Part shown: positions 17,624 to 28,078 of the stretch, piece after piece
Position numbering within the stretch: the first letter of the stretch is position 1
Layout of the letters: every line of letters starts with the position of its first letter
DNA from: a bacterium
Lineage (GTDB): Bacteria > Patescibacteriota > Minisyncoccia > Phycocordibacterales > UBA9973
NCBI GenBank assembly: GCA_037132055.1
Contig: JBAXPX010000002.1
Location: forward strand, 1-53,132
Reading direction: 5' to 3'
Length of the DNA stretch: 53,132 bases
Notes under the pieces: model-generated
Database searches by the model: none
What the model saw: only the letters and a program-made list of their open reading frames with translations
Told to the model about the DNA's origin: nothing
Made by a program: the position numbers and the translations under genes

Positions 17624-20335
17624 ATGCCACCATTAAATAAATTTACAACCAAAGCTAAAGATGCAATCAAGAAAGCTCACGAGCTCGCTATTGAACGTGG
17701 ACAGAACCATGTTTCTTCGCTTCATTTGCTTGCCGCGCTCTTACTTCAAGAGGAAAGTATTGTAAATTCTATTTTAGATAAACTAGAAGTTGACACAATG
17801 CTTCTTACTGATTCTGTATTAGAATCGATTGAATTACCTGAAACCCACAATACCTTATCACCCGCATATCAGATTTATCTTAACCCTGATTTAGCGCAGG
17901 TGATAGAACATTCTGTAAAGCTCGCTGAATATTTAAAAGATGATTTTGTGTCGACAGAGCATCTCTTTATTGCTACCTTAGAAGTTACAAGTGAAGCACG
18001 AGAAATCTTGTCTAGATTTAGGATATTTAAAGATCCTGTCATAAAAGTATTAGAAGAACTTCGCAGTCAAAATATAAATGATTTTTCAGAACCAAAAAAA
18101 TTTAAACTCATTCTAAAATATACTAGGAACTTAACCAAGCTTGCGAAAGAGGATAAATTAGATCCAGTCATAGGACGTGACAATGAGATAACTCGCATAA
18201 TGCAAATCCTTTCTCGTAGAACGAAGAATAATCCTATTTTAATAGGAGAAGCAGGAACCGGAAAAACAGCAGTAGTAGAGGGATTGGCTCAACGCATCGC
18301 AAAAAACACCGTTCCAGAATCATTAAAAGAAAAAGAACTCGTGTCTCTTGATCTTGGTTCACTTATTGCTGGCACAAAATATCGTGGAGAATTTGAAGAA
18401 AGATTGAAGGGTATTATGAAAGAGATAGAAAGGGCAGATGGTAAAGTTATTTTATTTATTGATGAGATTCATACGATTATTGGCGCAGGAGGATCAGAGG
18501 GCACCATGGATGCATCAAACATGTTAAAGCCTGCTCTTTCTCGTGGGGAGTTGCGTGCGATAGGGGCAACAACCCTAAAAGAATATCAAAAACATATTGA
18601 AAAAGATCCTGCCTTTGCAAGGCGCTTTCAACCTGTATACATAGAAGAACCTACCCTAGAAGATGCTTATGCGATACTTCGTGGGCTCAAGGAGAAATAT
18701 GAATTATTTCATGGTGTAAGGATTACCGACGATGCTATTGTTGCTGCGGTCAATCTTTCTATCAGATATATAACCAATAGATTCTTACCAGATAAAGCAG
18801 TTGACTTGATTGATGAAGCTTCTTCTTCTTTAAAAATAATGCTTGAAAACAAACCACCAATCCTAGAGGATGCTCATAGAAAAATAATGCGTTTAGAAAT
18901 TGAAAAAGAGGCACTTAAAAAAGAAATTTCTGCTATGAGTGAATCTGTTTTTGGAACAGAGAAGCAAAGAGAAAAAGATAATAAAGATAGGATAAAAGTT
19001 ATAGAAAAAGAGATAGGAAATCTTAAAGAAAAAACAAAAGAAATCGAATTAAAATGGCAAAATGAAAAGGAGACTGTGACTGAAATTCGTACTATTAAAA
19101 AAGATCTTGAAACTTTACGCATAGAAGCAGAAAATGCAGAGCTACATGCAGATCTTTCACGTACAGCGGAGATTCGTTATGGTAAAATCCCTACTCTCAA
19201 AAAAGATCTTGAAACAAAACTTTTACGATTAAAGAAATTACAAAAATCTCGCAGAATATTAAAAGAAGAAATTACAGCTGAAGACATAGCAGAGGTTGTA
19301 GCACGTTGGACGGGAATTCCATTAAATAAAATGTTGGAGGAAGAACGTATAAAATTAGAGAAAATGGAGAGCGAACTCAGAAATAGAGTCGTTGGCCAGG
19401 ATGAAGCTATAAAGAGAGTAGCAGACGTTATACGTCGTTCTCGTGCTGGTATATCTGATCCAAATAGACCCATTGGTTCGTTTATATTTTTAGGCCCATC
19501 TGGTGTTGGGAAAACAGAACTTACAAAAGCATTGGCACAGTTTATGTTTAATGATGACAAAGCACTTATTCGGGTAGATATGTCTGAATATATGGAAAGA
19601 CATTCTGTTTCAAAACTGATTGGTTCGCCACCCGGATACGTTGGTTATGACGAAGCAGGGCAACTAACCGAGTCAGCAAGACATAGACCTTATGCTGTGA
19701 TACTTTTTGATGAGATTGAAAAAGCTCACCCAGAAGTATTTAATATGTTGTTGCAAGTTATCGACGAAGGAAGATTGACCGATGGAAAAGGTAGAGTTAT
19801 TAATTTTAAAAATACTATAATTATTCTCACTTCTAATATTGGTTCACAATTTGTTGAAAAAATGGAGTCGATTGGATTTTCTAATAATTCCGACAAAGAA
19901 GATTATAGCAACATGAAAGGGAAAGTTTTAGAGGCACTGAAAGATCATTTCCGTCCAGAATTTTTAAATAGACTTGATGAAGTAGTTGTCTTTGATATTT
20001 TGAGTGAAGAAGCTATTTTAAAAATAGTTAGTTTAAGAATAAAAGTTGTAGAAGATAGACTTATGGCAAAAGAAATAGGATTGAAGGTCTCAGGAGAGGC
20101 CCTGTCTTACTTGGCAAAGGAAGGATACAATCCACACTATGGCGCAAGACCACTAAACCGTTTAATTCAGAATAAAATTTTGAATCCTGTAGCTTCTTAT
20201 ATTATTTCAAATGGGGTAAAGCGGGGAGACACTATTGTTGTTTCAGTAAAAAACAATGAGTTAATAATTCAAAATCAAAAAGGTAAAATTAAAAGTCCCA
20301 TACGAATAAATCGTCGATCTCAAACAAAAGTCTAA
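17624..20335 (+). CDS. clpB: ATP-dependent chaperone ClpB
   Basis: Clp N-domain, two AAA+ modules ([15 protein letters not shown]; [15 protein letters not shown]), and a long coiled-coil middle domain between them; 903 aa. Confidence 0.93.
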   Translation: MPPLNKFTTKAKDAIKKAHELAIERGQNHVSSLHLLAALLLQEESIVNSILDKLEVDTMLLTDSVLESIELPETHNTLSPAYQIYLNPDLAQVIEHSVKLAEYLKDDFVSTEHLFIATLEVTSEAREILSRFRIFKDPVIKVLEELRSQNINDFSEPKKFKLILKYTRNLTKLAKEDKLDPVIGRDNEITRIMQILSRRTKNNPILIGEAGTGKTAVVEGLAQRIAKNTVPESLKEKELVSLDLGSLIAGTKYRGEFEERLKGIMKEIERADGKVILFIDEIHTIIGAGGSEGTMDASNMLKPALSRGELRAIGATTLKEYQKHIEKDPAFARRFQPVYIEEPTLEDAYAILRGLKEKYELFHGVRITDDAIVAAVNLSIRYITNRFLPDKAVDLIDEASSSLKIMLENKPPILEDAHRKIMRLEIEKEALKKEISAMSESVFGTEKQREKDNKDRIKVIEKEIGNLKEKTKEIELKWQNEKETVTEIRTIKKDLETLRIEAENAELHADLSRTAEIRYGKIPTLKKDLETKLLRLKKLQKSRRILKEEITAEDIAEVVARWTGIPLNKMLEEERIKLEKMESELRNRVVGQDEAIKRVADVIRRSRAGISDPNRPIGSFIFLGPSGVGKTELTKALAQFMFNDDKALIRVDMSEYMERHSVSKLIGSPPGYVGYDEAGQLTESARHRPYAVILFDEIEKAHPEVFNMLLQVIDEGRLTDGKGRVINFKNTIIILTSNIGSQFVEKMESIGFSNNSDKEDYSNMKGKVLEALKDHFRPEFLNRLDEVVVFDILSEEAILKIVSLRIKVVEDRLMAKEIGLKVSGEALSYLAKEGYNPHYGARPLNRLIQNKILNPVASYIISNGVKRGDTIVVSVKNNELIIQNQKGKIKSPIRINRRSQTKV

Positions 20336-20340
20336 ACATA

Positions 20341-20365
20341 AAAATCCCCTAAAGGGGATTTTTAT
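20341..20365 (+). terminator. Rho-independent terminator after clpB
   Basis: aaaatcccc-taaa-ggggatttt followed by tatt. Confidence 0.75.
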
Positions 20366-20370
20366 TGTTG

Positions 20371-20454
20371 TGCGCCGGGTAGGATTCGAACCTACGTAGC
20401 CCGAAGGGCGACTGATTTACAGTCAGTTGCAATTGACCACTCTGCCACCGACGC
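20371..20454 (-). tRNA. tRNA-Tyr (anticodon GUA)
   Basis: Acceptor gcgtcgg/ccggcgc, anticodon stem actga/tcagt with loop cuGUAaa, long variable arm (gccc-ttcg-gggc), T-arm gtagg-ttcgaat-cctac. Confidence 0.88.
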
Positions 20455-20533
20455 CTATACAACACAAAATAACACAAAAATAAAATTTTTGCACCTTTTT
20501 ATTTGGTAAATCAAGTATTTTTGTTATACTTTT

Positions 20534-21193
20534 ATGGTGAATAGTGATTATAAAATTACTTTGCCAAAACACATTATTGCTTTAGTTGTGTTGGTTGTAG
20601 TTTTGGTTTTAGGCTTTACTATACGGTATGACTCAGATTATTTCTTCTATCTTTTATGGAATATCTTTTTGGCATTTATTCCTTTCTTAATAAGCTCAAA
20701 ACTTTTATGGTATAAAAACAAAGAAAAAAAATATCCTGTAATTTTTGTTTTAGGTCTAACTCTTTGGTTGGTTGTTTTTCCAAATGCTCCATATGTCGTT
20801 ACTGATCTTATACATTTGATTGCGAGTACGTTCGTTCCTTTATGGATAAATGTTATTTTACTTTTTTCTTCTGCATGGATTGGTATTTTTTTAGGAATAA
20901 TCTCTCTTTTTCATATAGAACAGATAATATTGCCATGGTTTGGCAGAATAACAACTGATCTGATTATTTTAGGAGTTATATTATTGTCTAGCTTTGGAGT
21001 ATATTTAGGACGTTTTTTACGCTGGAACAGTTGGGACATATTTTTACAACCAAAAGCTATTTTGAATGATTTTATAGATATTTTTTCTAATCCACTTAGT
21101 CACAAGGAAGCATATATCACCACAATAGTATTTTTTGTTTTAATTACTGTTTCTTACAACATCTGGAAGAGCGTATTCAAAGAAACAAGATGA
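20534..21193 (+). CDS. DUF1361-family integral membrane protein
   Basis: Multi-pass membrane protein with NIFLAFIPF and FPNAPYVVTDLIHL motifs. Confidence 0.6.
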   Translation: MVNSDYKITLPKHIIALVVLVVVLVLGFTIRYDSDYFFYLLWNIFLAFIPFLISSKLLWYKNKEKKYPVIFVLGLTLWLVVFPNAPYVVTDLIHLIASTFVPLWINVILLFSSAWIGIFLGIISLFHIEQIILPWFGRITTDLIILGVILLSSFGVYLGRFLRWNSWDIFLQPKAILNDFIDIFSNPLSHKEAYITTIVFFVLITVSYNIWKSVFKETR

Positions 21194-21224
21194 AGTATTT
21201 GTATATTTAACATATAATGTAATT

Positions 21225-23852
21225 ATGAAATGGTTGCGTCATATTCTTTTGAAGAATAAAGATGGAGAAAAAGAAATAAGCTCTCGTCAAAAAGAACTTT
21301 TTGATAAATTGTTGGAGTTTGCAAAAAACGATCCAGATTTTGCACTAAGCAAACTAAGCTCCCAAATAAATGGTTTAAAAAAAGAAGAAGCAAAAAAGAG
21401 AATAAAAATATTTGGTTTTAATGATATTGCTGATGAGAAAAAAACTAATCACCTTTTAAGATTGTTAATAATTTTAAAAAATCCATTAAATTTATTACTT
21501 GGAACACTGGCAGTAATATCTTTATTCGTAGGTGACACAAAAGCTTTTATCATTATCATTGTAATGGTGTTGCTTAGTGTAATTCTAAATTTTTATCAAG
21601 AAACAAAAGCAGACATTGCTGCTGATAAACTAAAATCTATAATTCATGCGAGAGTTACGGTTATAAGAGATGGAATAAAATCCGAGATTCTATTGAGAGA
21701 GGTTGTTCCGGGAGACATTGTTTTCTTATATTCGGGGACAATAATTCCTGGAGACGTGAGAATAATAACTTCAAAAGATTTGTTTATAAACCAAGCTACT
21801 CTTACTGGCGAATCTTTGCCAGTAGAAAAACATGTTGTTGATTCTAATTTAGAAAACAAAAGCGTAATAGAGCTTTGTAATTTATGTTTTTTTGGTTCAA
21901 GCGTAGAGAGTGGGTTGGCACAGGCTATTGTTTTGAGTACTGGGAGAAATACTTATTTAGGTAGTATTGCTTCTGATATAAATAAAAACGATCATGTTTC
22001 TGATTTTAGTAAAGAGTTAAAAAAGTTTGTTCTTTTGATTCTCAAGTTTATGTTATTTATGGTTCCGGCAGTTTTCTTTTTAAATGGAATTTTTAAGGGA
22101 GATTGGTTTCAGGCATTTTTATTTGCGCTTGCTGTAGCTGTTGGAATTGCACCTGAGATGATACCTACTATTGTTGCTGTTAATTTATCAAAAGGGGCTT
22201 TGGCATTATCAAAAAATAAAGTGATTGTAAAACACTTAGACTCGATAGAAAATCTAGGAGTGATGGATGTTTTGTGTACAGACAAAACTGGGACTTTGAC
22301 TGAAGGGAAAATTGTTTTGGAAAAACACTTAGATATCAATGGCAACGAAAGCTTATCATCACTACATTATGCATTTTTAAATAGTTATTTTCAAACAGGG
22401 TTAAGTGACATAATAGATGAAGCTATTTTAAAACACGAAGAAGCAAAGGAAAAATTAGAAATAGAAAGTTACCAAAAAATTGACGAAATTCCTTTTGACT
22501 ACAACAGGAGAAAAATGTCAGTAATTGTATCAAACAACATAGATAAACATTTGTTTATTTGCAAGGGAGCAGTAGAAGAGATTTTTGACGCTTGTACAAA
22601 TGTTCTGATAGATGGAAAGGTTGTTTCCCTTAAAGATTTTAAAGAAGAAAATAAAATTGTTATAGAAAAAAAATTAAACGAAGAAGGTTTTCGAGTTATA
22701 GCAATAGCATATAAAGAAGTCGAAAAAGATAAAAAAGCTTTTACGATTGATGATGAAAAAGGGCTCACCTTTGTTGGTTTTTTAGCTTTCTTTGATCCAC
22801 CAAAACAAAGTGCTGCCGAAACAATTAAGGATTTAAATACACTAGGTGTAAATGTTAAAATTTTGACAGGTGACAATGACATTGTGACGAAAAAGATATG
22901 TGAAGAAGTCGGAATGAAATTCGACAAGATTCTTTTAGGTAAAGATATGGAAAAGATGAACGATGAAGAATTAGAGAAAGAAGTAGAATCAATATCAGTT
23001 TTTGCAAAACTTTCTCCTTATGATAAGGAAAGAATTATAAAAATTTTACGTAAAAATGGTCACGTTGTTGGTTTTCTCGGTGATGGTATAAATGATTCTC
23101 TTTCGCTTATTGCGGCAGACGTAGGTATTTCTGTCGACACTGCAGCGGATATAGCAAAGGAGTCTTCAGATATGATTTTGCTTGAAAAGAGTTTGCATGT
23201 TTTAAAAGAAGGGATAAAAGAAGGAAGAAGAATTTTTGACAATATTATTAAATATATAAAAATGTCAGCAAGTTCAAATTTTGGAAACATATTTAGTATT
23301 ACTGGTTCTAGTATTTTTCTACCCTTTTTACCTATGTTGCCTTTGCAGATTTTAACGAACAATATCCTTTACGATTTTTCGCAGATGACTATTCCTACAG
23401 ATAAAGTTGACGAAGAGAGATTGCTTAAACCTAAAAAATGGGATTTCAAACATATCAAAAGATTTATTTTATTTTTTGGTCCAATAAATTCATTATTTGA
23501 TTATGCTTTCTTTTTTATTATGCTTTACATATTTAACGCTTGGGGGAATCCCGCTCTTTTTCATACTGGTTTTTTTGTAGAAAATATAGTAATGCAAACT
23601 TTTATTGTGCATATTATTAGAACAAGCAAGATTCCGTTTTTCCAAAGCTGGGCATCGAAGTCACTTATTATTTCCACAATATGTATAATTGCAATTGGAA
23701 TTTATTTACCGTTTTCACCATTCGCTTCCGCATTTCAATTTTTACCATTACCACCACTTTATTTTGTCTTCTTGTTTGTTGGAATAATTTTATATTTCTT
23801 AATAACTCAATTCTTAAAAATGTGGTTCATAAAAAAATATGAGTGGATCTAA
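21225..23852 (+). CDS. mgtA: Magnesium-translocating P-type ATPase (MgtA-like)
   Basis: LTGESLPVEK, phosphorylation site CTDKTGTLT, TGDN, GDGINDS; 875 aa with the MgtA-type N-terminal region. Confidence 0.8.
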   Translation: MKWLRHILLKNKDGEKEISSRQKELFDKLLEFAKNDPDFALSKLSSQINGLKKEEAKKRIKIFGFNDIADEKKTNHLLRLLIILKNPLNLLLGTLAVISLFVGDTKAFIIIIVMVLLSVILNFYQETKADIAADKLKSIIHARVTVIRDGIKSEILLREVVPGDIVFLYSGTIIPGDVRIITSKDLFINQATLTGESLPVEKHVVDSNLENKSVIELCNLCFFGSSVESGLAQAIVLSTGRNTYLGSIASDINKNDHVSDFSKELKKFVLLILKFMLFMVPAVFFLNGIFKGDWFQAFLFALAVAVGIAPEMIPTIVAVNLSKGALALSKNKVIVKHLDSIENLGVMDVLCTDKTGTLTEGKIVLEKHLDINGNESLSSLHYAFLNSYFQTGLSDIIDEAILKHEEAKEKLEIESYQKIDEIPFDYNRRKMSVIVSNNIDKHLFICKGAVEEIFDACTNVLIDGKVVSLKDFKEENKIVIEKKLNEEGFRVIAIAYKEVEKDKKAFTIDDEKGLTFVGFLAFFDPPKQSAAETIKDLNTLGVNVKILTGDNDIVTKKICEEVGMKFDKILLGKDMEKMNDEELEKEVESISVFAKLSPYDKERIIKILRKNGHVVGFLGDGINDSLSLIAADVGISVDTAADIAKESSDMILLEKSLHVLKEGIKEGRRIFDNIIKYIKMSASSNFGNIFSITGSSIFLPFLPMLPLQILTNNILYDFSQMTIPTDKVDEERLLKPKKWDFKHIKRFILFFGPINSLFDYAFFFIMLYIFNAWGNPALFHTGFFVENIVMQTFIVHIIRTSKIPFFQSWASKSLIISTICIIAIGIYLPFSPFASAFQFLPLPPLYFVFLFVGIILYFLITQFLKMWFIKKYEWI

Positions 23853-23896
23853 ACTTCTTCATGAAACGTTCATAGATTTAATTTATATTGTATAAT

Positions 23897-25201
23897 ATGA
23901 TGATGAAAATCAGGAAGAATTTGCCGTTGATTGTTATAATAATTTTGGCTTGGATTCCTATTAAAATATGGTTTTCTATGGAGCCCGTGTCTATTCGTTT
24001 TTTTGATTTAAATTCTACAATGACGAGTTTGGGACAAATCACTGGGCTATTGGGGATGATTTTATTTTCTATCAATTTAATTCTGAGTAATAGATCTCAT
24101 TTTTTTGATAAATTTTTTTCTGGGTTACATATTTTTTATGATCATCATAAATGGCTTGGAGCCGTTTCTTTTTCCCTACTTTTATTTCATCCACTTTTTT
24201 TAGTTGTAAAATATATTACTATTTCGATAAATAGTGCAGCATTGTTTTTGTTGCCAGGAACAAATTTTGCAATTACTATGGGAATAATTGCGCTTGGCTT
24301 AATGATTATACTTCTAGTAGCTACTCTTTATATGAAGATCAAGTATCATATTTGGAGATTTTCACATAAGTTTATGGTTGTAGTTTTTATATTTGCAATT
24401 TTACACACTTTATTTATTTCAAGCGACGTATCGAATAATATGTTTTTGAGATATTATATTTTTGTCTTTGCGATTTTAGGGCTTATCTCGGGTGCTTATA
24501 GATCATTTTTTCGAGTTTTCTTTAACAAAGATCATGAATTTAAAGTTGTGGGCATAAATACGCCAAGTGATAATGTCACTGAAATAGAAATAGAACCGAG
24601 AAATTCAAAAATGGAGTTTTTTCCAGGACAGTTTATCTTTATAAGATTTGTTGAAGTTGGAGTTAGCTCCGAGCCGCATCCTTTTTCTATCACTTCCACA
24701 AAAGGAGATAAGAATTTAAAAATAGTAATTAAATCATTGGGAGATTACACTAGTAAAATTGGAAACTTGAGACCTGGAGCAATTGCAAAAGTTGAGGGAC
24801 CGTTTGGTAGTTTTTTTAAAAATCGGGATATTTCCAAAAAAGAAATTTGGATTGGAGGTGGAGTAGGCATTACACCGTTTTTAAGTCTTGCTAGAAGTTT
24901 GAAGAATGTAAGAAATGATATTTATTTGTTTTATTGTTTAAACGACACAACTGAAGCTGTATTCTTGAAAGAATTGACGTCCATATCCGTTACTAATAGT
25001 AGGTTCCACTTAATAACTTGGTATGCCAAAGAGAAAGGGTGGATAAATGCAGATAAGATAAAAGAATTAACCAATGGTGTTTCTGATGCATATATTTATA
25101 TTTGCGGACCACTTTCGTTTATGAGAGCTCTAAAAGAACAATTTATAGAAAAAGGAGTCGATAAGAATAATATTAATTTTGAAGAATTTAACTTTTTATA
25201 A
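23897..25201 (+). CDS. Ferric-reductase-domain flavocytochrome (NOX/FRE-like: 6-TM bis-heme domain + FAD + NAD(P)H domains)
   Basis: His pairs HKWLGAVSFSLLLFH and HKFMVVVFIFAILH in TM helices; FAD motif HPFSITS; NAD(P)H motif GGGVGITPF; C-terminal ICGP. ATG at 23897 is preferred over TTG at 23888. Confidence 0.75.
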   Translation: MMMKIRKNLPLIVIIILAWIPIKIWFSMEPVSIRFFDLNSTMTSLGQITGLLGMILFSINLILSNRSHFFDKFFSGLHIFYDHHKWLGAVSFSLLLFHPLFLVVKYITISINSAALFLLPGTNFAITMGIIALGLMIILLVATLYMKIKYHIWRFSHKFMVVVFIFAILHTLFISSDVSNNMFLRYYIFVFAILGLISGAYRSFFRVFFNKDHEFKVVGINTPSDNVTEIEIEPRNSKMEFFPGQFIFIRFVEVGVSSEPHPFSITSTKGDKNLKIVIKSLGDYTSKIGNLRPGAIAKVEGPFGSFFKNRDISKKEIWIGGGVGITPFLSLARSLKNVRNDIYLFYCLNDTTEAVFLKELTSISVTNSRFHLITWYAKEKGWINADKIKELTNGVSDAYIYICGPLSFMRALKEQFIEKGVDKNNINFEEFNFL

Positions 25202-25202
25202 T

Positions 25203-26090
25203 ATGAAAAAACTAACAGGAATTTCTTTGTTTATATTTTTTTGTGTTATGACTGCAATTTTGACTGCGGGCCTTGTTTTTTATCAAGACAATAAAAATAA
25301 TAATTTAAATACAGGATTAACGAATCAAAATAAAACAGCAGATATTACAAATTTACTATCTTCTGGAATTACTGTTTTAGATTCCAAAGAAATAGCTAAA
25401 CATAATACAAATGCGAATTGCTGGATTATTGTTAACAGTAAGGTTTATGATATTTCAAACTATGCCTCTGCTCATCCTGGTGGAACAAGAAGCATTTTAG
25501 ACTACTGTGGAAAAGAAGCAACGGTTGCTTTTGATACAAAAGGAGGAAAGGGAAATTCTCATTCTACGTCTGCGAATAATTTACTAGCGCAGTATTATAT
25601 TGGAAATTTAAACCAAAAACTTAGCCAGAATACATTAAATCAGAATGTTCAAAATGCAAAATCTAATTCAAATAATTCCAATAACTCAAATAATAATTTG
25701 AATAATAATGTAAATAATCCAACACCAACACCACCACCTGTCGGGAATGTTGTATTGAATTCTCAGGAAGTTGCAAAACATAATACGGTTTCTGATTGCT
25801 GGATGATTATAAATAACAAGGTTTATAATCTTTCTGATTATGCGGGAGCTCACCCAGGTGGAACACAAAATATTACAAACTATTGTGGCAAGGAAGCAAC
25901 TGTTGCTTTTGATACAAAGGGGGGTGTAGGCAATCCACACTCCACTTCTGCTAATAATTTGTTGGCCCAGTATTACATCGGAGATTTAAATCAAAATATT
26001 AGTCAAAATACATTAAATCAAACTATTCAAAACACTCAACTAAATCCTCCCCCACAAAATAATAGGGGTGGAGATGGGGAAGACGATTAG
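25203..26090 (+). CDS. N-terminally anchored protein with two tandem cytochrome b5-like heme-binding domains
   Basis: Two copies of ...VAKHNT...CW.I.N.KVY..S.YA.AHPGG......CGKEATVAFDTKGG.GN.HSTSANNLLAQYYIG.LNQ, separated by an Asn/Ser/Pro-rich linker. ATG at 25203 follows directly after the upstream stop. Confidence 0.7.
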   Translation: MKKLTGISLFIFFCVMTAILTAGLVFYQDNKNNNLNTGLTNQNKTADITNLLSSGITVLDSKEIAKHNTNANCWIIVNSKVYDISNYASAHPGGTRSILDYCGKEATVAFDTKGGKGNSHSTSANNLLAQYYIGNLNQKLSQNTLNQNVQNAKSNSNNSNNSNNNLNNNVNNPTPTPPPVGNVVLNSQEVAKHNTVSDCWMIINNKVYNLSDYAGAHPGGTQNITNYCGKEATVAFDTKGGVGNPHSTSANNLLAQYYIGDLNQNISQNTLNQTIQNTQLNPPPQNNRGGDGEDD

Positions 26091-26126
26091 CCATTTGTTG
26101 TTTTTTAAAAAGTATGTTATTATTAA

Positions 26127-26150
26127 AAAAAGCCAGAAGGCTTTTTTTGA
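26127..26150 (+). terminator. Rho-independent terminator after the cytochrome b5 gene
   Basis: aaaaaaagcc-agaa-ggcttttttt. Confidence 0.6.
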
Positions 26151-26160
26151 TTAAATCAAG

Positions 26161-27969
26161 ATGGAAATTAGAAATATAGCCATAATAGCACACGTTGACC
26201 ACGGTAAGACAAAACTTACTGATTCTTTGATGCAACAAAATGGTGGACTAGAAGAAGGAGCATCGATGGATTCAAATGATCTCGAAAAAGAGCGTGGTAT
26301 CACTATTTATTCTAAAAATACCTCTATCTATTATAAAGGTACAAAGATAAACATTGTAGACACACCAGGACATGCTGATTTTGGTTCGGAAGTAGAAAGG
26401 GTATTGAGGGCCATAGACTCTGTGCTTTTACTTGTAGATGCAAGTGAAGGTCCAATGCCGCAAACAAGATTTGTATTAAAAAAGTCTTTAGAGTTGGGTC
26501 TCAGGCCGATAGTTGTAATAAATAAAATAGACAAAAAAGCAGCAGATCCAAACCGAGCGCACGATGAAATTTTAGAATTGTTTCTTGAGTTGGGCGCTAC
26601 TGACGAACAAGCAAATTTTGAAACAGTATATGCTATTGGACGCGATGGTATAGCCAAAAAGAATCTAAAAGACGAATCAAAAGATTTAACACCACTGCTC
26701 GATGTTATTTTAGAAAAAGTTTCTCCTGCATCACAAAAAAAAGAAGATAAAATGTCTGCACAGGTTTTTAATCTAGGCTATGATAATTTCTTAGGAAGAC
26801 TCGCCATAGCAAGAATTTATTCTGGTGAAATTAATTCTGGAAGTCAGGTTTTTGTAAAAGGAGAGAATGGATCCAGAAATGGCAAAATAACTAAACTTTT
26901 TACTTTTGAAGGGATAAATCGAAAAGAAGTTTCAAAAGCGTTTTCTGGTGACATTGTTTTAATTTCAGGAATTCCTGATATTTATATTGGGGAAACTATT
27001 TGTGAAGATAATACAGTTGAACAAATGCCCCATATTGCCATAGATGAACCGACCATCTCTCTTAATTTTTTAGTTAATGATTCTCCGTTTGCAGGGCGTG
27101 AAGGTAAATATGTTACTTCAAGACAAATAAAAGAAAGATTAGAGAAAGAATTAGAAATGAACGTAGGATTGAGAGTTGATTTTTCTCCAGATCAAGGCAG
27201 TACAAGTGGCCCAAGCTTTTTCAAAGTTTATGGTCGTGGAGAGCTTCATGTTGCAATTCTATTAGAAAACATGAGACGTGAAGGATTTGAAATGCAAGTC
27301 TCTCAGCCAGAGGTAATCATAAAAGAAGATAATGGACAAAAGACAGAACCATACGAAGAATTAGTGATAGATGTACCGATCGAATCGTCTGGCATTGTAA
27401 TTGAAAAAATTGGGAAACGTAAGGGGATAATGAAACATATGTCAGAAAAGCATGGGATTGCTAGAATTATTTTTGAAATACCTACCCGTGGGCTTTTAGG
27501 ATATCGTGGAGAATTTATTGTCGACACAAAAGGAGAAGGTATTATGTCTTCTCAAGTCTTAGGATTCAAGGAGTATGTCGGTGAAATAAAGAGGAGAGAA
27601 TACGGGTCTATGGCCTCTATGACTTCTGGTAAAGCAGTAGCGTTTTCTCTTGCCAACCTACAAGAACGGGGGCTTCTTTTTATAGAACACGGGACTGAAG
27701 TCTATGAAGGTATGGTTGTGGGTAATGTTTTAAAAGGAGAAGATATGTCTGTAAATCCGACAAAAGGTAAACAGCTCACAAACATGAGAGCCTCGGGTAC
27801 TGATGATGCAATATATTTAAAACCGGCCTTTATTTTAACGATCGAACGGGGGCTTGAGGTTATGAACGATGATGAATTTTTGGAAATAACCCCTAAAAGT
27901 GTACGATTGCGCAAAAAGTTTTTAACTGAACTTGAAAGAACGCGAGCGGGAAGAGAAGAAAAAAAATAA
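26161..27969 (+). CDS. typA: Translational GTPase TypA/BipA
   Basis: IRNIAIIAHVDHGKTKLTD, DTPGHADF, NKID, and a C-terminal BipA-specific region; 602 aa. Confidence 0.92.
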   Translation: MEIRNIAIIAHVDHGKTKLTDSLMQQNGGLEEGASMDSNDLEKERGITIYSKNTSIYYKGTKINIVDTPGHADFGSEVERVLRAIDSVLLLVDASEGPMPQTRFVLKKSLELGLRPIVVINKIDKKAADPNRAHDEILELFLELGATDEQANFETVYAIGRDGIAKKNLKDESKDLTPLLDVILEKVSPASQKKEDKMSAQVFNLGYDNFLGRLAIARIYSGEINSGSQVFVKGENGSRNGKITKLFTFEGINRKEVSKAFSGDIVLISGIPDIYIGETICEDNTVEQMPHIAIDEPTISLNFLVNDSPFAGREGKYVTSRQIKERLEKELEMNVGLRVDFSPDQGSTSGPSFFKVYGRGELHVAILLENMRREGFEMQVSQPEVIIKEDNGQKTEPYEELVIDVPIESSGIVIEKIGKRKGIMKHMSEKHGIARIIFEIPTRGLLGYRGEFIVDTKGEGIMSSQVLGFKEYVGEIKRREYGSMASMTSGKAVAFSLANLQERGLLFIEHGTEVYEGMVVGNVLKGEDMSVNPTKGKQLTNMRASGTDDAIYLKPAFILTIERGLEVMNDDEFLEITPKSVRLRKKFLTELERTRAGREEKK

Positions 27970-27985
27970 TCGCTAGTATACACAT

Positions 27986-28013
27986 TTGACATTGGTCAAT
28001 CTATGTGTATAAT
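27986..28013 (+). promoter_or_regulatory. Consensus sigma-70 promoter (TTGACA-16 nt-TATAAT)
   Basis: -35 TTGACA at 27986-27991 and -10 TATAAT at 28008-28013, about 65 nt upstream of ATG 28079. Confidence 0.5.
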
Positions 28014-28078
28014 TAGAACACAGCATAAATTAATTATTAGCCTATCCCACAATTGTGTGGGTTATATTTATAAAAATT

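Noticed and set aside
21191-21193. Alternative genetic code (UGA read as Gly, as in Gracilibacteria/Absconditabacteria).
   Set aside because: TGA terminates several well-delimited genes at the expected length (for example 21191-21193, 16798-16800, 43759-43761). Conserved genes contain no internal TGA, so the standard code 11 fits.
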